DNA of 64,000 nucleotides, taken from an uncultured Gammaproteobacteria bacterium (lineage in GTDB: Bacteria; Patescibacteriota; Patescibacteriia; S139-126). Within the stretch, counting starts at the first letter, position 1; each line of letters starts with the position of its first letter. This document shows, in pieces, positions 47,768 through 57,991 of this stretch. Where the stretch lies: assembly GCA_964493305.1 (NCBI GenBank), contig CAZBLW010000001.1, forward strand, positions 177,484-241,483, read 5' to 3'. The notes below the pieces were generated by a model. It saw only the letters and a program-made list of their open reading frames with translations, searched no databases and had not been told where the DNA came from. A program made the translations under genes and the position numbers.

Positions 47768-49147
47768 ATGAATAAAAAAAATACCAAAGATAGCGCTGAG
47801 AAAAAAGATAGCGCTGAAAAAGTAGAAAAAACTAAAAGTCCTACCTTTCAGTTAGTTAGGGGTACCAAAGATATTTTACCTGATGACCAGGCTTATTTTT
47901 TGTGGGTTTTTGATCAGGTGAGAGCAGTGGCTGACAGTTATGGTTTTGGCAAAATTGAAACACCAGTTATAGAAAAAACCAACCTGTTTGTTCGCGGTGT
48001 CGGTAAACAGACTGATATAGTAGAAAAGGAAATGTTTTCATTTACTGATCAAGGCGGTGACAACATAACTTTGCGTCCCGAAGGAACAGCCCCAGTAGCC
48101 CGAGCTTATATTGAGCACGGTATGTTAACTTGGCCGCAACCGGTGAAGTTGTGGTATTTTGACAAAATGTTACGCCACGAAAGACCTCAGGCAGGACGTT
48201 TGAGAGAGTTTCATCAGTTTGGTTTTGAATCCTTGGGAAGTGATGATCCCATGATTGATGCTCAGATCATTTTTATTAGTTATAAAATCATGAAACAACT
48301 GGGCTTAGATGTGTCAGTAGCCATCAATAGTATCGGTACTGAAGAGTGCCGAGCACAATACAAAAAAGTATTGGTAGATTATTTTCGCACCAAGCGCAGT
48401 GAATTGTCTGATGAAGCAAAAAAATTACTAACCAAAAATCCTTTGCGAATTTTAGATACCAAAGAGACGAATCTACTACCAATTATTGATCAAGCGCCAC
48501 AAATATTTGATTATTTAAGCGATGCTAGTCGGGAACATTTTCTAAAAGTAATGGATTATTTGGACGAATTGGATGTGCCGGTTATTTTGAAACCAACTTT
48601 AGTTAGGGGTTTAGATTATTATACTCGAACTGTTTTTGAGATTTGGTCTGGTGAAGAAGAAGCGTCGCGTCAATCAGCTTTAGGTGGTGGTGGCCGTTAC
48701 GATGGTCTAATAGAATTATTGGGTGGTCGTTCCACACCAGCAGCCGGGGTGGCGGTTGGCATTGAAAGAGTGATTAGTTTGTTGAAAGAAAAAAATATTA
48801 CTCCTCAGGGAAGTTATCAGCCTGATATTTTTGTGGCTCAGTTGGGGGAGGAGGCAAAACGTAAAAGTTTATTGTTGTTTGAAGAGTTGAGAGCCGCTGG
48901 CATCAAAGTAGCAGAAAGTTTATCTAAGGAAGGTTTGAAATCGCAACTGGAAAAAGCGGATAAATTAAAAGTAAAATACGCAATTATTTTAGGGCAAAAA
49001 GAAATTTTGGATGGGACAGTGATGTTGAGAGATATGGAAAACGGCATTCAAGAGGTTATCGATATGAAAAAAGTTTTAGTTGAAGTGCAAAAACGTTTAG
49101 AAAAACAGTTGCGCATCCAAGCTGAGCAGGATAAAGCAGGTGAATAG
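47768..49147 (+). CDS. hisS: Histidyl-tRNA synthetase
   Basis: RGTKD, LRPEGTA, ERPQAGRLREFHQ, LVRGLDYY, GGGGRYD. Confidence 0.97.
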   Translation: MNKKNTKDSAEKKDSAEKVEKTKSPTFQLVRGTKDILPDDQAYFLWVFDQVRAVADSYGFGKIETPVIEKTNLFVRGVGKQTDIVEKEMFSFTDQGGDNITLRPEGTAPVARAYIEHGMLTWPQPVKLWYFDKMLRHERPQAGRLREFHQFGFESLGSDDPMIDAQIIFISYKIMKQLGLDVSVAINSIGTEECRAQYKKVLVDYFRTKRSELSDEAKKLLTKNPLRILDTKETNLLPIIDQAPQIFDYLSDASREHFLKVMDYLDELDVPVILKPTLVRGLDYYTRTVFEIWSGEEEASRQSALGGGGRYDGLIELLGGRSTPAAGVAVGIERVISLLKEKNITPQGSYQPDIFVAQLGEEAKRKSLLLFEELRAAGIKVAESLSKEGLKSQLEKADKLKVKYAIILGQKEILDGTVMLRDMENGIQEVIDMKKVLVEVQKRLEKQLRIQAEQDKAGE

Positions 49148-49241
49148 TAATTCGGTTTGACAAAGAGCGGTAAAAAATGTTATACTTAAATAATAAAAAT
49201 AGATTATTATAAATATTTTTTAGAAAGGAAGGTGCATTTAT

Positions 49242-49502
49242 CTGGTAGAAGTAAAAAGGAAAGATAATGAATCTTTTGATCAATTCTTGAGAAGATTTAC
49301 TAAAAAGAACAGAGATTCAGGTGTTTTACTAGAAGCCAAAAAATTACGCTGGCATGAAAAACAAAAAAACAAGCGTCAGCAAAAAGATTCGGCTTTACGT
49401 AAAATAAAGATCAATGACAAAAAAGAATGGCTTAAACGCATAGGTAAATTGGATGATTATACTGATAGTTTTGGTCGCGTAAAAATTAAAATCAAAAAAT
49501 AA
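49242..49502 (+). CDS. rpsU: 30S ribosomal protein bS21, probable CTG start, C-terminally extended
   Basis: In-frame (M)VEVKRKDNESFDQFLRRFTKK...SGVLLEAKK; directly upstream of yqeY; no ATG/GTG/TTG between in-frame stop 49221 and the conserved N-terminus. Confidence 0.85.
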   Translation: MVEVKRKDNESFDQFLRRFTKKNRDSGVLLEAKKLRWHEKQKNKRQQKDSALRKIKINDKKEWLKRIGKLDDYTDSFGRVKIKIKK

Positions 49503-49954
49503 TGAGTTTAGCTAATCAGTTTGAAGCAGATTTAAAAAGTGCTTTAAAACAAGGTCATAAGGACGTAGCACTGACTTTGCGTATGTTGAAAGCCAGTATC
49601 TTAAATGAGCAAATATCACAAAAAATTGACAAAGCAAATGCCGCTAGCGATGATTTGGTTTTGGCAGTACTGAAAAGGGAAGTTAAGAAAAGAAAAGAAG
49701 CAATTACTAGTTACCAACAGGCTGGGCGCAATGATTTGGTAGCCAAAGAACAAGCTGAATTGGCAATTTTGGATAAATATTTACCAGCCCAATTGTCTGT
49801 TGAGGATATTGCTAGGGTAGTTGATGAAGTAATTAATCAGCTAGCTGCTGATGAAAAAAATATTGGCACGGTGATGAAACAAGTTATAGCCAAAATTGGT
49901 AATCAGGCCGACGGTAAAACTATTTCAGCTATAGTTAAAGACAAATTAGCTTAA
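49502..49954 (+). CDS. yqeY: GatB/YqeY domain protein
   Basis: DLKSALK...LRMLKA...KKRKEAI..Y..AGR.DL..KE..EL..L..YLPAQLS. Confidence 0.92.
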   Translation: MSLANQFEADLKSALKQGHKDVALTLRMLKASILNEQISQKIDKANAASDDLVLAVLKREVKKRKEAITSYQQAGRNDLVAKEQAELAILDKYLPAQLSVEDIARVVDEVINQLAADEKNIGTVMKQVIAKIGNQADGKTISAIVKDKLA

Positions 49955-49964
49955 AATAATTTTC

Positions 49965-52900
49965 ATGCAATTATTTTCTTTTCCGCTAAGTAATGTTTCG
50001 GAAAAGCGTTCTACTTTTCCTGTTTTAGGTACTCATTTTTTAAAGACAGCTCTACGCAATTTATTGGCAACAATAATTTTAGGAGCTGTTTTTTTTGTGC
50101 CTTCGCTGGTGCAAGCCCAAACGCCTGATTTTGGTTTGGGTTACGGTTCGGCGATTGGTTTGGGTACTCAGGATATCAGAGAAACCGTGGCCCGAATTAT
50201 TAAAATAGTTTTAGGTGTTTTGGGAATAATTGTTACTTTGATTATTATTTATGCCGGGTATGTATGGATGACCGCAGCGGGCAATGAACAACGGGTGAGT
50301 ATGGCCAAAAAGATTCTTATCAATGGTGTAATTGGTTTACTAATTATCATTTTGGCTTATGCCCTGACCGTCTGGATTTTTAGAGTAATTATTGGTGGTA
50401 CTACTGGCGGGGGCGGGGGTAGTTGTATTGATGGGCAAACCAGTGGTTGTACCCGTTGTGTGGGCGGAGCTTGGATTTATGATGGTACTTTACCTGGTTG
50501 TACTTTGCCGGGAGCTGATTTTAGAGTAAAAGACATTACTACCACGCGTGAGGGAGTAAGTCCAGCCCAAAATGTATATTTGTGTTCTCGAGTTCAATCA
50601 ACTTTCAGTAATCGTTTACAAGCAGAGTCCGTGGCAGCAGCTTTGACAGCCAATCAATTAAGAATCGATACTTTTGCGGGTGATTGGCAAACTACCAGTA
50701 ATGTTTTGACTTTTAAACATGATGATAATATATTTACCGCCAACACCGCTTACCGATTGTTACTGCCGCGACAAGGCAACACTACTCCACTGCAAGATCA
50801 AAGCGGATTAACTCTTACTCAGTGTGATCCGATTGTCGGTTGTGCTAGTACCTTGGAACATTTTACTTGGGATTTTACTACCGGTGAAGAAAACGATATT
50901 GTTGCCCCGACTATTACCACAACTTATCCGATTTCTGATGTAACCAGTCCAACTTATCCTGATCGCAATGTTACTCGTTCGCCGATCTTAGAAGCTTATT
51001 TTTCCGAAAGTATAGATGCCACTTCCGTAGCTGATGCCAATGGCCATCCTTTGGCTGGAGTTATTACTTTAGAAAGATTATCTACTCAAGGCGGTAGTGT
51101 TGATTTGACCATACCCAATGACCAGTTGGAGGTTTATTTTGTTGACAATGGTTTTCGTTTCAATTTGATTGATCCAAATTTATTGGATAGTTTCCGGTGG
51201 TACCGAATTACCATTCAAGGAGTAGAGGATTTGTGTGGTAATCAAATGGAAGCTCCCAAGGTGTGGGAATTTCAAACCAATGACTCAGCACCGGGGGTAA
51301 GAAGTTGGTATCCAACTGGTACCAATCAATGTACTGATGTTGATGTGATTGTTGGTTTCAATAGTTCAATGTTTGATCAACAAGTAACCTTGGTAATTAC
51401 TGGAAGCGATGGCAGTGTGTATAGCGCTACTATTAGACCATCTTTACTGGAACCAGGACCTTATCAGGTAGCTGGTAGTGGTGGAACTTTGTCAGTGGCT
51501 GATCCCGGATTGCCTTATAGCAATAATTTTAAATCTTTTGTTTTTAGGTCAACTAATGGCTGGCGAACCAATACAACTTACTCAATCGCTATTACTACTG
51601 ATTTAGTAATCAATACCAATGGCGACACACTGTCACATAACTGGACTTTTAGTACTTCTGACCCAGCTAGTTGTGCTTGCGCTCCTTATATTATGTCAGT
51701 AAATCCCAATCAGGGAATGGCCGGACAATGTGTCACTGTTCAGGGGCGTTGTTTTACTGGTACTACTGCCAACCCAGCTGATCTAACAGCTGTTACTATC
51801 AATGGCCAAACTGTTACCGTTGGCGGGTCTGATAGTAATTATTTTACCACCACCATACCTGATAATTTGCCAGTAGGTACCCAAGCACCAATTGTTGCTA
51901 CGATTACTTATCAAAATCCTACTTTTGGTAGTATCACCAGTAACAACAATGTAAATTACTATGTAAATCAACCCGGAGTTTATAATGGTCCCTGTTTATG
52001 GTCAGTAGTACCTTCTTTAGGATGTGTTGATACAACTGTCACTTTAGCTGGTGTCAGATTTGGAGCTGATCCAGGAAGTTATGAAACTGACCAAAACAAT
52101 GTCACCTTCAATTTAAACAGGCGTGCTCGACAAGCAGATTTTAGTTTGTGGTCAGATAGTTCGATTCGTACCCGAGTACCACAAGCAGCAGTGGATGGTA
52201 ATGTTTATGTGACCGCCAATGGACTGGCAACCAATGGCATTCCTTTTGATATTTCTTGCGGATCAGGGGGGGCTTGTTCGTCAGATCCCAATAGTTGTAT
52301 CCCAAATTCAGCCAGTTGTGCTATTGGTTATGAATGTAATACCAGTTGTATTTGCCAAGCAGTTGGTGGTGGTTTGGGTGATCCTTGTAGTTCTGACCCC
52401 AATAGTTGTGTACCAAGTGATAGTTGTATTCCATCATTGGTTTGTGATCCGACAGATTGTATATGTGTTGATGATGGTACTGGCAGCGGTAGCAGTTTTA
52501 GAGTTTCTACTGCATGGCCAACTTGTGATGGAGCTTGTATCAACTCCGAAGTGGGCTTAAGATTTTCTACCAGTGTAAATCCCACTACCGTCACTAATTC
52601 CAATATAGCCGTGTTTGATTATCGGGACAGCGGTTTCACGCAACTGGTTGGTGAAGAACAAATTACTGTATTTTTAAATACAATCACCAATGAAATTTAT
52701 ATTTATCCTGATGGTAATTTGACTGGTGGTCATTATATCAGAGTAGTAGTGCGCGATGAGCTTTTGGGTAGTTTAGGTCAGACAATCGAGAATTTAAATT
52801 TTGATGAGGATGGCAATGGTACCAACGATAGTTATGCCTGGACCTTTAGTACCAACAACACTACTTGTAGTTTAACTGGTGTGGAAACAAGCCCCGCTCA

Positions 52901-55900
52901 AATGTCATTTTTGAATATCAATCAAAGTCAGACCATTTATGGCAGGGCAATTTCAGCACAACAATGTGGTACTAACCAATATGTCAATCCTTGGGTTTAT
53001 GATTGGAAGTGGGAAGATACTGACCGCGAAACTATTGCTCGGGTGAGTAACAATGACACCAATGATGATCGTCGGTTTGATCCCAATCAAACCGTGACCT
53101 CGGTTGCTACTGGCGAAACCCAAATTATTGGTGCGGTTGATGCTTTGTCGGATTTGACTGATGTAACAGTTGGTAATAGTGGAATTGGGGTGAGTTGTGA
53201 CAATGATCCCAATACGCCACAGTGTGAACTAAACAACGATGTTTGTCGTAATTTTGGTTTGGTTTGCGATCCCAATGCCAATTGTACTTGTCAGGATGCT
53301 GGTAATACCCAACTTACTCCTGGTATTGTCAGTGTTATCCCTTTTAACAATCAAACCAATGTTTGTCGCAACAGTATTGTCCAAGTTACTTTTAACCAAA
53401 GAATGGACACTGGTTCAATTGTTTGGCAAAGCACTTTTAATTTAAACGATGATGATCGTGATGATGTCAGAGGCGGTTTAAGTTTTCTAACTGTCAATAA
53501 CGGTGTTTATGGTTGTAATAACTCTCAAGGGTGTACGGTAGCAAGATTTTATCCTTCCCGACCTTATTTTGCCAATACTTTACATACTATTACTTTAACT
53601 ACCGGAATAAAAAATTTAGCTGGGGTGTCACTACCTGCTAACTTTGTTTCTAGATTTACCAGTGGTAGTCAAATTTGTCGAGTAGAGACAGTTGATTTGC
53701 AACCCAATTATTATCTATTTACCACTCTCAATGAAAGTGTGGTTTATTTGGCAACGCCCAGAGATATACGTGGCGGTCTAATAGCACCTATCCCTGGTTT
53801 TTATGACTGGTCTTGGCAGTGGCAGAAAGTTGATGATGACAATGTAGTCACTATGGAAGATATTGGTAGTCCGGATAGGAGAAATTTAGTAGCACAACCG
53901 CGTAACGGAGTGGCTAGGATTACTGCTACGGCACAAATTACCACCGCTGACAGCTCGATTGGTGATACAGTCGGTAGGCAAATTAGCGATAGTAGTGAGG
54001 CTGAAGTATTTATTTGTATGTATCCCTGGCCAGAGACGCCACCAATGCAGGATTCACAGTATGGTTTTCAAATGAAATATTGTCGGGGTAATGATTCAGC
54101 TAATTTGCTCGGTATGTTGTCCGATCCTGGTAGTTCTATTATTTCTTTAACTACTTCTGACCCGGATTTAGAAAGAGAGTATTTGTTTAATTATCTCGGA
54201 TCTTCTTTACCACCAGGTTATGAAGGTACTGACCCGTTTATTATTAGTAAAATAAAACAATCTAAGATTGGTAGATGGTTGATAGATACTTGGCAAAATT
54301 TATTGACTCTGTTTAATCGTCCTTCAGCCCTAGCACAAGTTTCGCAAGATGTGATTGGGTTGCGTATCTATGACAATCCCAATCGCCTAGGCCCCAGGGC
54401 ATGGTATGAACAAAAATCTTTTCCCAAAGGCAATCCGCAAGATATTACTGTCGATGGTTTTCCAGCAATCAAAGATGGTACCTCAGTTTATATCTTAGGT
54501 CCAAGACGTGCTGGTTCGATAGAAACTTATATTTATGTTTTGTCTTACAATGATCTTTCCAGTCAGACCAATATTCAGATTTTTAACCAATTGTTAAGTA
54601 ATTTCCGTTTTTATACTTTGTCAGCTCAAGAAAAACCACAAGTAGCCAGAGATTTGAAAAGACTAGCTGATGCCAGTTTTATCGCTACCCAAGTCGAGCG
54701 CTATCAAGATCAAACTGGCAGTTATCCAGCTCTAACTGCTGGCAGTTATATTGCTGGTATGTCGACTAGTAAGTGGCCTTCTTGGCAAGCCACACTTGCT
54801 AATCAGTTGGGAGTAAGTATACCCAATGATCCCATCAATAAATTTGCCAGTTATTGCTCCAATAACCCCACTCAAAACTGTTGGCAAAATAGTGATTGTG
54901 GTAGTGGACAGTGTTTATCAGGTTGTGCGGAAGGAGCAAACCCAGATACTTGTTGGAACGAAGTAACTCAACAATATTCTTGTCCGGCTGGTTCAGCTGT
55001 TTATCAATACCGTCGTTACGGAGTCAATGATTTTAGAATCGGAGTTTTGTTGGAAGTAAACGATTATGAAGCTTTACCTGCTTATTTAGATGTAAACGGA
55101 GCATATTGCAATGGTACGATTTATACTGGTGATGGTTTTTGTGGTGATGGTATAGTGCAAGCAGCTCTGGGCGAACAGTGTGAAGAAGGTCAACAAAGGT
55201 TAGCATGTGATCCCACTTGGCCAAATTATTATGATCCAGTTTATCAACAATGTGAATCAGATTGCCAATGGCCTGATGCACAAGTTTTTGCTTGTGGTGG
55301 TTATTGTGGTGATGGATTATTACAATCAGCTCAAGAAGCTTGTGATGGTACGGCTGGACTAGGAGGTGTCGGACCAGCTACTTGTTATACTGACTGTAGT
55401 GGTTTTTATTGTAATCCGGGTTATGTGTTAGTGGGTGGTGTTTGTCAGCTTGATTGGTGCAATCCAGCTACTCAGGACTGCTCTAGTCAAATACCCAATG
55501 GCAGTGGTTTGTATCAATCCTGTAATTTTGTGAGTGGCAATTGGCAGTGGTCAGATTGTCAGGTTACTAGCTGTAATCCTGGTTATGTGATCAGTGGCAA
55601 CTCCTGCGTTTTACCTCAACCCACCGTAACTATCAGTAGTCCGGCCAACAACTCCAATGGTGGCAGTAGTGTCACCATGACTTTTACTATCAACCAAGGC
55701 GGAGTGTACAATGTTTTGCGCGATGGCACAGTGGTTTATACAACCGGAGATAATGCCGGAACTTACACCTATAGTTTTACTGGTCTGACAGCAGGACCGC
55801 ACGTGTTGGGGGTATCAATTACCAATGCCAACGGTACCGGGAACGCACAAATAAATTACACAGTGAACCCACCACCACTACCCACCGTAACTATCAGCAG

Positions 55901-57986
55901 TCCGGCCAACAACTCCAATGGTGGCAGTAGTGTGACTATGACTTTTACTATCAACCAAGGCGGAGTGTATAATGTCTTGCGCGATGGCGTGATTGTTTAT
56001 ACAACCGGAGACAATGCCGGAACTTACACCTATAGTTTTACCGGACTTAGTTCTGGTCCGCACGTTTTAGGAGTATCAATTACCAATGCCAACGGTACCG
56101 GGAATGCGCAAATCAACTACACGGTTAATCCACCACCATTACCAATAGTTACTATTACCAATCCTGCCAATGGCAGTACTGGTACGAGTACAGTATTTTT
56201 GACTTTCAATATTAGTCAAAACGGAGTTTATACCATTTTACGTGACGGCAGTATTGTCTATACTAGTGGCAATGTAACAGCTGGTTCTCATACTTATGTT
56301 TTAGGAGGATTGTTGCCCGGACCCCATGTCTTGGGTGTATCAATTACCAATGCCAACGGTACCGGGAACGCGCAAGTTGTTTACAATGTAAATCCGCCAC
56401 CACCGGCTCCGCCCACAGTGACCATCAATAGTCCTGCTAACGGTACGACTGGGGGAGCTAGTGTAACTATGAATTTTACTATTAGTCAAAACGGCACTTA
56501 CGTAATATTGCGCAACGGAATTGGAATCGCTACCAGTACAGTTGCAGCTGGAACTTACAATTATACTTACAACAATCTAACCAATGGCAATTATATTTTG
56601 GGAGTATCAATTACCAATGCCAACGGTACGGGTCAGGCACAAATCAACTATACCGCCAATACCCCACCACCCACAGTGACTATCAATAGTCCCACCAATG
56701 GTGGCACGGGCAATACCAGTAGCGTCACTATGCAATATACGGTGAGCGCTGCAGTTTCTGCTTCATTTTTTGTTGACGGCACTAATGTTGGTGGCACCAG
56801 TCATGGTAGCAGTGGTACTTACAGTTTTACTTTTACTGGTCTGACCAACGGCACTCATACCTTACAGGTCAATGTCAATAATCCTTATGGCAATGCTAGT
56901 GCACAAATAACTTACAATATCAGTGTGCCTCCGGTGGTTACTATTTTGAGTCCAGCCAACAATAGTAGTGGCGGTAGCACTGTGGTGATGCAGTTTAATT
57001 TAAGCCAAGGCGGTACTTACAATATTTTGTTGGATGGCACTACGGTATTCACCAATGTTTCTACAGCTGGTACGCAAAATTATACCTTTAACAATTTAAC
57101 TACTGGCGGTCATGTGTTGGGAGTAAATATTAGTAATGTTTATGGTAGTGATAGTGACCAAATAAATTATACTAAGTTGGCAGAAATTCCTGCAGCCCCA
57201 ACTGGATTGACTGCAGTTGCCAGTGGCAATAATATAACTTTAAATTGGACTGACAATGCCAACAACGAAACCAATTTTGTAATTGATCGAGCCATTGGTA
57301 GCCCCACTTCTTGGATGATTGAATATGCTACGGTGGGGGCCAATATCACCACTTTCCAAGATACTGGTTTGTCAGATAATACTTATTATTATCGAGTTAG
57401 AGCAGAAAATGCTGATGGCTTTAGTGCCTATTCCAATACCGCCAGTGCTTTAGTTTTAACACAGGCTACTATTTTTATTTCCAGTGCTACCAGACAGGGT
57501 AATATAGGAGCAGGTTATATAGAAAATGTTGATCAATTTTGTCAAAATTTAGCCGATGCTTCTGCTTTAGTTAGAGCTGGACAATGGCGAGCGTGGATAT
57601 CGGGCTGGTCAACTATTGGCGCTTTTCTTAATCCCAGAGATCATTTAACCAGTTATCAACCAACGCCTTTGTACGGACGAAGTGGTACAGGTTTATATTT
57701 TGTTGCCAATCAAATATCAAGTTTGTGGCTAACAGGAATTCAACATGCCATATTAAATGATGAGTCAGGTGTAACAAGGCCTGATAATGTTTGGACGGCT
57801 ACTTATGGTGACGGTTCTGGTTCTGGTATTAATTGCAATAATTGGCAAATTAATTCCTGGACTTATGGTGGAGCGGTTGGTATTAATGATTATTTTCCAG
57901 TTGTTGGTGATTCAAGATGGACTGATGATCATCAAATTGGTTGCGATTTCAATGCTCGTGTTTATTGTATTTGGTATAGACCATAA
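49965..57986 (+). CDS. Giant (2673 aa) pilin-anchored multidomain surface protein
   Basis: VirB2/TrbC-like pilin hairpin, Ig-like and IPT/TIG-like domains, Cys-rich CGDG repeats, six Ig repeats, FN3, C-terminal DUF1554/lectin-like domain. Confidence 0.85.
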   Translation: MQLFSFPLSNVSEKRSTFPVLGTHFLKTALRNLLATIILGAVFFVPSLVQAQTPDFGLGYGSAIGLGTQDIRETVARIIKIVLGVLGIIVTLIIIYAGYVWMTAAGNEQRVSMAKKILINGVIGLLIIILAYALTVWIFRVIIGGTTGGGGGSCIDGQTSGCTRCVGGAWIYDGTLPGCTLPGADFRVKDITTTREGVSPAQNVYLCSRVQSTFSNRLQAESVAAALTANQLRIDTFAGDWQTTSNVLTFKHDDNIFTANTAYRLLLPRQGNTTPLQDQSGLTLTQCDPIVGCASTLEHFTWDFTTGEENDIVAPTITTTYPISDVTSPTYPDRNVTRSPILEAYFSESIDATSVADANGHPLAGVITLERLSTQGGSVDLTIPNDQLEVYFVDNGFRFNLIDPNLLDSFRWYRITIQGVEDLCGNQMEAPKVWEFQTNDSAPGVRSWYPTGTNQCTDVDVIVGFNSSMFDQQVTLVITGSDGSVYSATIRPSLLEPGPYQVAGSGGTLSVADPGLPYSNNFKSFVFRSTNGWRTNTTYSIAITTDLVINTNGDTLSHNWTFSTSDPASCACAPYIMSVNPNQGMAGQCVTVQGRCFTGTTANPADLTAVTINGQTVTVGGSDSNYFTTTIPDNLPVGTQAPIVATITYQNPTFGSITSNNNVNYYVNQPGVYNGPCLWSVVPSLGCVDTTVTLAGVRFGADPGSYETDQNNVTFNLNRRARQADFSLWSDSSIRTRVPQAAVDGNVYVTANGLATNGIPFDISCGSGGACSSDPNSCIPNSASCAIGYECNTSCICQAVGGGLGDPCSSDPNSCVPSDSCIPSLVCDPTDCICVDDGTGSGSSFRVSTAWPTCDGACINSEVGLRFSTSVNPTTVTNSNIAVFDYRDSGFTQLVGEEQITVFLNTITNEIYIYPDGNLTGGHYIRVVVRDELLGSLGQTIENLNFDEDGNGTNDSYAWTFSTNNTTCSLTGVETSPAQMSFLNINQSQTIYGRAISAQQCGTNQYVNPWVYDWKWEDTDRETIARVSNNDTNDDRRFDPNQTVTSVATGETQIIGAVDALSDLTDVTVGNSGIGVSCDNDPNTPQCELNNDVCRNFGLVCDPNANCTCQDAGNTQLTPGIVSVIPFNNQTNVCRNSIVQVTFNQRMDTGSIVWQSTFNLNDDDRDDVRGGLSFLTVNNGVYGCNNSQGCTVARFYPSRPYFANTLHTITLTTGIKNLAGVSLPANFVSRFTSGSQICRVETVDLQPNYYLFTTLNESVVYLATPRDIRGGLIAPIPGFYDWSWQWQKVDDDNVVTMEDIGSPDRRNLVAQPRNGVARITATAQITTADSSIGDTVGRQISDSSEAEVFICMYPWPETPPMQDSQYGFQMKYCRGNDSANLLGMLSDPGSSIISLTTSDPDLEREYLFNYLGSSLPPGYEGTDPFIISKIKQSKIGRWLIDTWQNLLTLFNRPSALAQVSQDVIGLRIYDNPNRLGPRAWYEQKSFPKGNPQDITVDGFPAIKDGTSVYILGPRRAGSIETYIYVLSYNDLSSQTNIQIFNQLLSNFRFYTLSAQEKPQVARDLKRLADASFIATQVERYQDQTGSYPALTAGSYIAGMSTSKWPSWQATLANQLGVSIPNDPINKFASYCSNNPTQNCWQNSDCGSGQCLSGCAEGANPDTCWNEVTQQYSCPAGSAVYQYRRYGVNDFRIGVLLEVNDYEALPAYLDVNGAYCNGTIYTGDGFCGDGIVQAALGEQCEEGQQRLACDPTWPNYYDPVYQQCESDCQWPDAQVFACGGYCGDGLLQSAQEACDGTAGLGGVGPATCYTDCSGFYCNPGYVLVGGVCQLDWCNPATQDCSSQIPNGSGLYQSCNFVSGNWQWSDCQVTSCNPGYVISGNSCVLPQPTVTISSPANNSNGGSSVTMTFTINQGGVYNVLRDGTVVYTTGDNAGTYTYSFTGLTAGPHVLGVSITNANGTGNAQINYTVNPPPLPTVTISSPANNSNGGSSVTMTFTINQGGVYNVLRDGVIVYTTGDNAGTYTYSFTGLSSGPHVLGVSITNANGTGNAQINYTVNPPPLPIVTITNPANGSTGTSTVFLTFNISQNGVYTILRDGSIVYTSGNVTAGSHTYVLGGLLPGPHVLGVSITNANGTGNAQVVYNVNPPPPAPPTVTINSPANGTTGGASVTMNFTISQNGTYVILRNGIGIATSTVAAGTYNYTYNNLTNGNYILGVSITNANGTGQAQINYTANTPPPTVTINSPTNGGTGNTSSVTMQYTVSAAVSASFFVDGTNVGGTSHGSSGTYSFTFTGLTNGTHTLQVNVNNPYGNASAQITYNISVPPVVTILSPANNSSGGSTVVMQFNLSQGGTYNILLDGTTVFTNVSTAGTQNYTFNNLTTGGHVLGVNISNVYGSDSDQINYTKLAEIPAAPTGLTAVASGNNITLNWTDNANNETNFVIDRAIGSPTSWMIEYATVGANITTFQDTGLSDNTYYYRVRAENADGFSAYSNTASALVLTQATIFISSATRQGNIGAGYIENVDQFCQNLADASALVRAGQWRAWISGWSTIGAFLNPRDHLTSYQPTPLYGRSGTGLYFVANQISSLWLTGIQHAILNDESGVTRPDNVWTATYGDGSGSGINCNNWQINSWTYGGAVGINDYFPVVGDSRWTDDHQIGCDFNARVYCIWYRP
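55620..57180 (+). repeat. Six tandem Ig-like repeats (about 87 aa); first two nearly identical at DNA level
   Basis: CCCACCGTAACTATCAG starts at 55620 and 55881 (261-bp unit); GTATCAATTACCAATGCCAACGGTAC occurs four times. Confidence 0.9.
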
Positions 57987-57991
57987 AATAT

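Noticed and set aside
55620-57180. Possible CRISPR array or DGR template/variable repeat pair
   Set aside because: Repeats are in-frame coding units with mostly synonymous, not adenine-specific, differences; no cas or RT gene in the window
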